This document shows positions 25,501 through 37,500 of a DNA stretch of 64,000 bases, in pieces. This DNA is from Phoronis australis (taxonomy: Eukaryota > Animalia > Phoronida), in contig NMRA01000693.1 in assembly GCA_002633005.1 (NCBI GenBank), positions 124,001 through 188,000 of the forward strand. The letters run 5' to 3'. The notes below the pieces were generated by a model, which was not told the origin of the DNA, did not search any database, and saw only the letters and a list, made by a program, of their open reading frames with translations. Position numbers and translations under genes: made by a program. The first letter of the stretch is position 1. The number at the start of each line of letters is the position of its first letter.

Positions 25501-28500
25501 ACCTACATGAAAGGCAAAGCCTATGTGCGGAATTAAGTGTACGCAGCTATAAGGCAGCGAAAAGCAGAGTAATGGCACATAAGCCTAAATATAAACCTGT
25601 ATTCAGAAGATATTAACAAGGACAATGTTGAAATGTTCCCACGACTGCAATGCACATCGTACATTGCTAGGGAAGTTAATTATTTTCATGTAATACATTT
25701 AGACCAATCCAAGCACTATGATACCAAGCCGTAATTCAACTGGTGTCAGTGCATCTCAGGCATACAGCATTCGGCGGTAACAGAATGTAAAAAATAAAAT
25801 GACCATCCAAAATCAACCGATAAAGGCGCATCCCCACAAAATACATCAGTGTCAAATTTCTTCAAAATTTCTCAAGCGCCTTTGACAATGCTCAATGGGA
25901 ATGTCAAGCCATCTTGGCAATGATCGACAAAGAACAATTTGTCAAAAATAGAACGACCAACACGGGATGCTACAGAATTTGAATCAACCTGACAAACAAA
26001 GATGCATCTTTGCCATATACCTGTTATATATCATAAAGATCATTCTGCTAAGCCATAGATTATAGACAATAGATTTGCAACTCCAACATTTTCTTGCGTA
26101 GTATCCTAGAGGAGGTGCCACTCTCCTAAATTACCAATTTCAGTTTCTGGTTAATGTATTCTGACGGGAAATTCTCGCATCTATTTTACTGTCCAGAACA
26201 ATGAAAAAAAAATAATTTCGGCACTGAAACACTGCTCAAAGTCATTTAACAGTAGAACTGTTGGTATCATGAGTACTTATAACACCTGACCACAACAGTT
26301 GATCATGATTAGCAGACGACGCAATTGCTGGAAGTAAAACTTGCTAATTTTGTCAGTTGTCGCTAGTGAATATAAATGACTTCAGGGCTATTGCGTAAGA
26401 TCCCAGATTTTGTCCGTTGAAAAAATATGGAGTTGGCGGTCCATGTACTACAGTCTATGGTTAAGCCATCTTGACAGTAATAGGTGGAAAAAGTCTTTCA
26501 AAAACTAAAATGACCAACAGACGGTGCTAGAGTAGTCGAACAAGTTTTAAAATTAACTGGTGTTGTTGCATTCTCATTACAAGGCTCAGTGTCAAGTCTC
26601 GTCAACATTCGTTTTGCCGTTTCAAGTCCAATAATGGACAAACAAAATATTTTTAACTTGTTGAAAACTAAAACGACCAACAGGAGGTAGTTGAACCCAG
26701 ATGAAAACTGATGGATGGACAACGCTTTGGCAACAATATGCTACCACAAATTTTTATGGATGCATAAAAACACTGTAAAGAACTCCTTACCTTGCGCAGC
26801 GCGCCTTCCACCTCTTGCATTGCGTTGTAGCGGCGGGTCAGAGCCTTCTCATTCACCCTCAATATGGTCATCTTACGTGACATTTCTGAGAGGCGACGAC
26901 GCACCTCTACCTCTTCTTGGGCAAGGCTGTCTACAAGTCTCTGGGAAACACATAGGTACAGGTTTTCAGCTAACACTCAATGAAACATTAAGGTCAACAC
27001 GGGGTCTTAGTNAAGAATGTAAAAAAATAAAATGACCATCCAAAATCAACCGATAAAGGCGCATCCCCACAAAATACATCAGTGTCAAATTTCTTCAAAA
27101 TTTCTCAAGCGCCTTTGACAATGCTCAATGGGAATGTCAAGCCATCTTGGCAATGATCGACAAAGAACAATTTGTCAAAAATAGAACAACCAACACGGGA
27201 TGCTACAGAATTTGAATCAACCTGACAAACAAAGATGCATCTTTGCCATATACCTGTTATATATCATCAAGATCATTCTGCTAAGCCATAGATTATAGAC
27301 AATAGATTTGCAACTCCAACATTTTCTTGCGTAGTATCCTAGAGGAGGTGCCACTCTCCTAAATTACCAATTTCAGTTTCTGGTTAATGTATTCTGACGG
27401 GAAATTCTCACATCTATTTTACTGTCCAGAACAATGAAAAAAAATAATTTCGGCACTGAAACACTGCTCAAAGTCATTTAACAGTAGAACTGTTGGTATC
27501 ATGAGTACTTATAACACCTGACCACAACAGTTGATCATGATTAGCAGACAACGCACTTGCTGGAAGTAAAACTTGCTAATTTTGCCAGTTGTCGCTAGTG
27601 AATATAAATGACTTCAGGGCTATTGCGTAAGATCCCAGATTTTGTCCGTTGAAAAAATATGGAGTTGGCGGTCCATGTACTAGTCTATGGTTAAGCCATC
27701 TTGACAGTAATCGGTGGAAAAAGTCTTTCAAAAACTAAAATGACCAACAGACGGTGCTAGAGTAGTCGAACATGTTTTAAAATTAACTGGTGTTGTTGCA
27801 TTCTCATTACAAGGCTCAGTGTCAAGTCTCGTCAACATTCGTTTTGCCGTTTCAAGTCCAATAATTGACAAACAAAAAATTTTTAACTTGTTGAAAACTA
27901 AAACGACCAACAGGAGGTAGTTGAACCCAGATGAAAACTGATGGATGGACGCTTTGGCAACAATATGCTACCACAAATTTTTATGGATGCATAAAAACAC
28001 TGTAAAGAACTCCTTACCTTGCGCAGCGCGCCTTCCACCTCTTGCATTGCGTTGTAGCGGCGGGTCAGAGCCTTCTCATTCACCCTCAATATGGTCATCT
28101 TACGTGACATTTCTGAGAGGCGACGACGCACCTCTACCTCTTCTTGGGCAAGGCTGTCTACAAGTCTCTGGGAAACACACAGGTACAGGTTTTCAGCTAA
28201 CACTCAATGAAACATTAAGGTCAACACGGGGTCTTAGTGGACTTACAGGTATCTTTTAACAAAAAATCATGTCAAAAGTCACCTACGAATCAGAAATACT
28301 GATATATTAGGAATTTTTGCCTGTGTCCCTACTGTGTTCACAATCGTTTGATTGAGGACAAGCACCATTTTGTCTGCATACAGTTTGGACTCACATAACC
28401 ATCACATGACTGCAGGGGTAGTGTGTAGTTCATTCAGTCACCAAACAGTATAGATGTTGTAAGAAATTTGAAACATTTGAGTTTCCATCAACAAGTATGT

Positions 28501-31500
28501 CCAGTAAAACTTCATTAATCTACCTCTGGGATAATCAAGAATGAATAAGCAAGCACATAAAATAGACTTAAACGATGCTTAGTAAAATGAAGTAACACAA
28601 AGGGTAGTTTGAACACAATGCAATAGTTTACCATCAAATGACAAAAAGTTGCACTGTTCAGAAAGTACAGACAATTGTTCATCTGTTCTTACTTCATGAT
28701 TAGAGAAAATTTTTATATCTTTTAATTAGTTGTTAAATTTTGGCGGATGCAACTTTGCCAACTACTCAAAAATACTGCTTGATGTGAGTAATTTGGCAGA
28801 TTTATCTTATCCTCAAAAACAAGGTCTAAAAACAGTCTCAAGACAGCCATGCGTAATGGAGTGCTAACAAAGGTGTACTCCCAATTCTACTAAATATATA
28901 GTTCATTTTACCAATGGAATGAAAGTGAGTTTGTCAATAAAATCCCTCGGGAGTCTTTTTGACACTTCTATTGCTGGTCACTGTCCATTCACTCAGCATT
29001 GGGTTTTAAAAGTAAGCTGTATGAAGTTTTTGCATTTTGTTAGCCGCTTTGATTCAATAAAACAAGCCTAACAAGCTGTCGATAAGTTTTGACTTGAAAT
29101 ATTTCACCTGTCCTTTTATTTCGGTCTTGGTCGATATGCGGAATCATTACAATGTCTCGTATGATATTACTTCATCAACGCTACTCTCATACATTTTGTG
29201 TATTTAGTGATCCAAAATTGAGACCTTGCCCACATTTACCACATGTACCAGACGAGAAAAACAATTTAGAAAAATCCCAATAGGTGGCTCATTTCTGGTG
29301 TGGGCCCGATAATAAATCCACAGTCCACCATTCCTACTGAAGTGAAACTCTGGCTCCTCACATCAAACTCTTGCAGGCGAAGTTTATCTTCTCCCCTTAG
29401 GCCCTCACTCTCCTTCACAGAGTCTTCCAACTTCTGCCGCTCTTCTTCCCAAGACTGAAACACGCAGAGCAGAGGGAAACATGATAACATTGTTCCGCAA
29501 GATACATAGAATTTAGACACTAAATCTATAAGAAACTAAACCTTGCTTTGTTCTTCAAAATGCTAAGTATTGTCTAGATCAATAAAAGTGTGGCTTTACC
29601 CTATCGACAGATATTAACTACAACTTGACTGCAACTAAAACTATTATAGAAAAAACGATCCCTTGAAACTCTAGTACCCAAATTATTTAAAGCTTACAGT
29701 AAATTTTAAAACTGTTCACTAAGTATCCATTTTGTGAGAAATGAGAGTTAAGTACTTTAGCTAATTAGCGCAATATCTCACATGACAACTATAAATAGTG
29801 AAATATCTTTTATGACAAACACTACTTGAATGTGCACTACAACAGTGTTTAGTGTCCTTTTAAATGCAGTCACTCTTCAGTCTTCAGTAACTAGACTGAC
29901 TTTCCAAATAAACATTTCAGCATCAATAATGTGGAATAATGAGAAATAGGTCTATTTTCGGGCCACAAATAAAATTTTCCATGGTCCATAAGGTTCACCA
30001 AAATATTAATGGATATTAAAAGCGCCAGTGGATGCCACAGAGATAATGTGATTTGAATTACCATGACGTCATTGTAATGCTATCCAGCACATAGCCAGAC
30101 ACAGTTGAGGCCCCACTCACCTTCTTCTCCTTCATATAGTCTTGATACAGCAGACCCTGCTGGTGACGAACTACAGCAAACTTCCTCTTATACGTCTCTA
30201 ATGAGGCCTCCAGCTTCTTCAACATCTCTTCCTTCAAGCTCACTTCCTGCAACACAGACAAACATATGTGTCACGAGATGGGCAAACAATGAAGAAACGG
30301 TTAATTTACAATCATATACAACACAGCTCTTCCTTCAAGCTCACTTCCAGCAACACATAAATACTGGGGCATACAGTTGGGAAACTAAAGAATAGCTAGA
30401 AATATCTTTTGGACCTCTGTCGCCTACACAAACTTACTAGCTGAGTCTTCACATTTAAGAGCTTCCAATTTTGATGCCAACCAAAGAGGGCACACCAGGC
30501 AGTGAAAAAAGTGCATGTAATATGGACGGAGCAATGCACACTTCCATCAACAGCAGGTGTGCATCTGCAATTGCTCCACAAACTATGTCTAAGCCTCCAC
30601 TCTAATACTGCAGTGGGGCTCAATTGGAAAAAGCCATGGTATCATTACGTCAATTCTTTACAAAATGTGAAGATCTATTTTGTCCAATTTCTCATTAAAA
30701 ACGAATGTTTAGAAAATTCTACCTCATTGGGTTTCACAGTTTCAACTCGACAGTTGTCACGATTTTGATTACAAAAATTAAAACAAAACATTTTTTTTTT
30801 CTAAGTAATCAATTTCCTATGCCATGCACAAGTCAATCATCTTCCTTTTACATTGTTTTCAAGCAGATGACGGATTGTACAATATTTGCAAATTTTTTAT
30901 TTCTGAGAAATTTACCTCATGTCTTCAAAATTTTTGCCATGAGATTGATAAAACAAGATGTATTAAACAAACCGTTATCAAACCATTTTGACAGCTGTAA
31001 CCACGTATTAAAAACCCAACAATTTCAATGTTTGACATGAAAAGTTTGTATTATACGAATTCACTCTACCTAATGTGATCAACACCCTAACAACAGTCAG
31101 CATACCTGCAGGGCGAGCACCAGGTGTTCGTTGAGACTTGCAATCACATCAGCGCTAGACACAGCCATCCCCTCAGGGAGGCGGAGACTCTGAAACAGAC
31201 CTGTGCCAGAGCCTGCGTCACGCATGGCTTGCATATCAGCTTCAAGCTTCTCGTTCTGCAGAGGAGAAGTGTCAATGTACTATTCACATCATGAGCATGA
31301 TCTCAAAAAATAACGGACCGTCAGTTTTTTGCAAGACCAGAAATCACCTCCTATCTGAGTAAGGAACAAACTGAGACCAATTTTACAGCAGCAAGTGGTC
31401 TAAATAAAAAACGGTGTCGTTTCAAATTTGCAGAAAAATTTAAACTTGACTACTGCTTGTGATATCTTTACAACACCCTGTCATTGCAGAACAGGAAATA

Positions 31501-34500
31501 ACTAGTGTTCATCTGTTATGTTCACTTGGTACCTGCCATTTCAGTCAGTTCAAACTGCACGTTTTATGATGCTTTTCGCATTCTCGAGGAATGTACATAA
31601 ACGTGACTGAAGCACGAACCAGTCCATGCTCAAATTACAATACCTCCAGCAGTTCAGGACAATATACTAGCGTTCTTACAATGTCTCGACACTAGGGGGC
31701 ACAACAGGCACAATGAAATAACTAAACTCTGAGTATAAGCACGCACTAATACCAAAACTTCTACTTATCACGTTCAAATCTCAACTGTAAAAAAATCTGC
31801 ATTATAACTGCTCATTGTTAGAACGCCATTACAAGTAGTAATTTTTGTAGGTGAAGCCCAAAACATCAATGCATCCCCGTTAATATGAAAGGACCTTTGG
31901 ATTCCGAAATGAGTTCATACTACCTTCAGATACCAAAAAATATAGGTTTACATTTTTCATCTCCTTTAATTCCAATAGCATTAAATGAAAACCATGATAC
32001 CCTATCAGTGAAGTACAAGAGAATTTGAACTGACCTTGACACATGACCTTCAGTGGATACATTACCACAGCACACTATTCAGACTTACCTTGTTCTGGAG
32101 GCGGTCTGTTTCTGACTTGGCCTTGTTAGCTTCATGACGAGCCTCACGTAACTCCCGGCGAAGTTCCTCAACACGACCCTGTACATTGTCCAGCTGAGCC
32201 TTTAGATGAAGCCCGTCATAGTGACCAGATACTGCCTTAGACTCAATAGCCTGAGAAAATGGGACATAGCAACGTGTTGGCAACATATTCTATGGTGACC
32301 AAGAAAACTACCAACCATTGTAATTGTGCACGAGAAAACGATGTCACTTCAAAAAGCCTCTATTGACAGTGTGTATGATACTAAGCTCCTCAACATTATC
32401 AGTGGTGCTTTGAGAATTTTTGATGAACAATAATTATTGTATTTTAACTGTCTTAATATTGATGGCACAACAGAAAAAATCTGTTCACACAAAGAACACT
32501 CGAATGGCAAAGCTATGCATACTACTATAACAAATTTGCATTTCATTTTCTGGAGAAAGCAACTCCACAGGTCAACATTTGTAAGTTTTTGTACACTGTT
32601 ATTGTGTAAATAATCTTAAGCAACAGATTTTCCACGCAAACCATCTTTTGGAATAAATGGAACTATTTAGGCAATCCCAATAAGTTTTGAGGCTCTGTGG
32701 ATAGTCACAGACATCCTGGCAATTGCCTCTATTAATAACAGTTTACGTTCACTTCATTCGAAATAAATCTTCAAGCTTGTGCACTTAAAATTGCACGAAA
32801 GTCTTGTCTATAATCTGATTGAGTAATCTTTCTCAAGAATAGGTATGCATCGACTTGGAACTTTGGGGAAGCTCAATCAGAGGTTTATAAGCTTTAGAAC
32901 ATTTTCTGATACACAAAAGAGAACAATAGTTCTCCAAAAACCTAGCAAAGACACTCACCGCTAACATTCTCTCTAGAGTAGGGCATTGAATGCTGTAGGC
33001 ATCACCACCATCCACGGCTGTAAATAGAATTTATATAGGATTCCAAAGTCAAACTGACAAAATTAGAAGCATAAGCTTTGAGGTGGTGATACCGTAAGTT
33101 CTTACAAAATTTATTGGTTTATTTACAATTAAATCTAGCCTATTTACTTTGACACGACATTTCGATCAGTCATTTCTTCGGCCATGTTGAGGTGTTACAG
33201 TCTGTGTTAGAATGCTCTAACACCTGAAGATGACCGGAGAAATGACCTTCCCCAACATTGTGCCAATGTAAATTGGCTAGAGGTTAAAGTACACTGGCCA
33301 CTAGATTTATACACAGAAATAGAGTATTTTTTAACACCATGGCTTACTTCCACTAGCCACGATAAGCAACAATAATGCTACAAGTGGCACATAGCACATG
33401 AAAAACAAGCTTGTAGCAGTCTCAGACCACTTCGTGAGAGCCTTGAAAAATCCCCTTGAGAGCAACACAGCACAACCAGGCTACCACATAACAATGACCA
33501 GGTAAGCTACCACATATCAACGACCCGGTAAGCTCCCATGTAACAACAATTAAGGTACCACATAACAATGACCAGGTAAGCTACTATATATCAACGGCCT
33601 GTATGCTCTCATGTAACAATGACCAGGTGAGGTACCACATAACAATAACCAGGTAAGCTACCACATATCAACGACCCGGTAAGCTCCCATGTAACAACAA
33701 TTAAGGTACCACATAACAATGACTAGGTAAGCTACCTTTCTGTTCTCCCTGCTCCTTGAGAGCTTGCAGTATTTCCTTCATCCCCTGCTCGAGGTTCTTG
33801 TTCTCATCCGTCAGCTGTTTGTTCTCAGCGACCAACTCTGCATTCCTCGATCGTACTTTCTCCATACTCTTGACATTCTTCTCTAGATCTTTATCTAACT
33901 GCATATTCTGTGAAACCACAAACATGCTGATTAGATAAGACTTGTGGATCATACTGATAACTCCAGGTGAATAACTGACTTGCAAGATTGAAACTGCAAA
34001 AACAAATAATTCCACTACAGTCAAATGCCCCTCTGCCTATTATTAGAATCATCCAATAGCTGCTTAAGTTCGAAAATATTGTGTCATTTGACTGATAATT
34101 TATACTGGGTATCAAACCCTTATTCATTTACTCTAAATCATACAACAAATCAATCTATCCAGTTTCCTTCAACTTCATGTTACACTATCTCATCAAATGC
34201 TATTTCACTTATGCATGGCACTTTTAATGTAATAATCAGTTCTCTGAAACAATACTTGCTGCAGAAGCGATTACAGCGACACACATACTCTGAGCTTAAG
34301 TTCATCCTCTGCAGCCTCTTTCTTGACAGTCTTCCCTAACTGGCTGACACGGTCATTCTTTAGTCCTTCAGTAAAGTCTTGAATGGCTAGCATATCATCA
34401 GCTGTCAAACCAAGTGCCACTGCCCTGTGTGCGATATAAAATCATGTAACTATGGGAAATGACATATACTTTAACTATATTTACAGTTCATAGCATGTTC

Positions 34501-37500
34501 TCTGAGAAATGCAATGAAGTGTACGTGAGTCACTATGCAGCATGTTGTCTGTCACTACACTAACCAGTAATTGAACACCTTTAAAGTTGCAGTAATGTAT
34601 GGCACATTTCTTTGACTTTCACAGTATACACTGAATTAGGAAACTATAACTCTGAAGCACGAGATGTCCTGCTAATGGCTGCAGTTATTGCATGGCTACC
34701 AGAACCATTGGCGACAACTGATGAAATTGTTACACATAGAAGCCCTGCAAAATACCTCTGTCCTGTTTGTTGTGCTAATAGTCGTATCTTTTTCTTTAAT
34801 TCGATTCTTTCTTCTTCAAGCCGCTCAACCTTGAATTGAAAGCAAACGGATTACCCAGGTATTCGAAACTATTCTTGAATCACAAATTGAAAAAGTAAAG
34901 CTAACATATCAGCACTGCATTAACAACTAACTAAAGAAAACACAAATCATAATCTTGCACTGTCAAATAGCAGAAAAAGCAGGGAAAGGCCAATTTCAGT
35001 TTACCGTTTAAGTGGTCACAGAAATCCACGTTAATAGCCGAAAGCACGTTTGTACAATTTACTACTGATTTGAAGTGGCATGAACTACAAGCAATTATTA
35101 CGAGACAACACAAATGATTATATAACAAACACATCACAAGTAACCAGTCTACGTGCGACATTGACTTTTTGGTTTATCCATTTTTAGCATCTCCCATCTG
35201 AAATGAATGCACTACAAAAGCTATTTGTGAATACTTTGTCCAATCATGTTACCAAACAACTGATGTCTAATATCCTTCCCTGGGCACCTAACTGACACCT
35301 TGATGTCCCCCAGACATCTGCGTGGCACTTTGTTGGTGTCCCAATGACAAAATATTTTTGTACAGTACTAAGCATATAATACACAAAATACTTATAGTTT
35401 AGATCTACCACTGAATGAGCCAAATGGTGCACAGTTTGCTGCACTGTTTGGGATTAATGCATGCCAGACACCAGTCGATAGCACACACGTGAGTAGAGCA
35501 TGCTTGATAATGAGTCACACAATGATAAGTCACCTTCCTCCATCACCAGTCACACATACATAACATACCTTTTCAAAACCTCTCAAAGACTAGCACTTTG
35601 CTGAGTCACCTCACCCAAGATGAACCACACACCAATGAGTTATCCCCCATGATGAGTCACACCTTGATGATTCACCTCCCCCCATGACAAGTCACCCCCT
35701 AACTAACCTCTTTCTGTAACACCTGGTTCAGAGCTCGATCCTCCTGATGTTGCACTTTCTTGCGTTCCCTGTGTGCTGTCAGATCCACTGGCTCTTTGGG
35801 GTCCAGCCCGAGCCGCTCACGAAGTTCCTCATTTTCCTCACACACGTCGCTCCTCTGGATCTCACACTTGTTGACAGTTTCTGTTAGCTCCACAATTTGC
35901 CTGTATATTAAGAAAGTAGCAAAACAATATTCACTGCATAATTTATCAGGCAAGCTCCTCATTTCGCCTGAATGAAAATTGGGCAAAATGAACTTATATG
36001 GAGCCGGTTATAAGAACGACAGCTTAGTTTGCTTATAATAAAGAAAGTAATGGCAGACAGTCTGGTGCATGTCGTACCACTCAGGTGGGCCCATTGCACT
36101 GATCACCTGGAACTATTTTTATGCTTTATAAATATATAGTTAAAACCAGACTGAGGAGCTAGAGACAGCAGTGTGACCCAGTAGTGCTCGAACCGACGAC
36201 CTTGCGTAAAGGACACTTACCTCACAAGGCCACAGTCTCCTCCGGATATACTAGCTAAACAAAATGCAATTCAAGACAGTTGCAATTAAGACTTTTGACT
36301 AGCTTAACTTGGGCAATGTTCATGAGCACAATTCTCTTCAACTGGCTTATAAAAGTGGAAGCCACAATCTTGTTCCCACCTGACTCTACAAGAGGAACCT
36401 ACACATCAGTGTCAGCAGCTATCCTGAAAACAACATTTTGTGAGGTGCCGGGGCACACAGAGAAGTTTTTAAATCTGGCAACCTACACACGTTAACCCAA
36501 CACATTCAATTGTTACTGTTTAAGTGAAATTCGACTCTTGATATGATTAATCTTTGCCCGTGCGTTATGTCATGCATTTCTATCAACAACTGCTTGTACC
36601 TATCCCTAATGTTGATCTGTTGTTTGCAGTCCTTAATTTCAGCCACTGCCTCTGGTAGACCATACTCTCCTGCCTCGTATTTTTTCATTCGTTCCAGCGC
36701 GTCATTCAACTGTTTGTCCTTGTCGCGGGCGTCCTCCTCTGCCTAGAGTAGTATCCAAAGCATGTAATCTTCAACTTCAAATGAAACTGTCATTATAGCC
36801 ACCTGAACATAATAACTTGTTCTCTACAGCAGTATAGCAGTTTTATGGTGTATATTCTTTATGGAAAGCATTGAGCACTGAGCTATCAAGACCACGCCAC
36901 TAACAGGCAATACATTTCACTTAAAACTGGCACAGTAGCTGCAGAGTCCAGTACTTACTGCACAATTTAATCTTATTTTACCAAAAATGCTATCAAATCT
37001 ATTTCGTTGCAAATAATCAGATATATACAGTTACCACTCTTCACTGCCATCAATGCAATATCAGCAGCTGGTACAAGAAAAACAAACAATATTGCTAAAC
37101 AGGATGTGAAAACTCACGATAGTTTCTGTGCTGTGGATGCAACAATTCTGTGTTCGTGAGGCAAATCCTGCATTTTTGTCATATGGAGAAAAATTATGAC
37201 TTAAGTTTATTATTTATCAACTTGCAGGAAATGTATATCATGCAACAAAAATTAACATGCCTGTTTTGGTTATCCGTTAAACTCTTCAGTACGATTACTA
37301 ACAACGTTATGAGCTACAAATATAAGAAGATAATATAAGAGAAAGCTATGAAACTGTTGACATCTGACCTGCGTCATCCGTAAATCAGCATCCTTGCACT
37401 GTGCTTCACGGAACTTGACTGTGCTCTGCAATTCTTTGATCTTATCCATCTGCCTTTGACTGGGGCCGCCTCCAACACCACCTGGTGAGTAAAGATTCAC

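Larger units (their letters stand above)
25782..28238. other. 1.2-kb tandem duplication joined by a single N (27012); likely uncollapsed haplotypes
   Basis: 25782-27011 vs 27014-28238 differ only by scattered SNPs and small indels. Confidence 0.8.
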
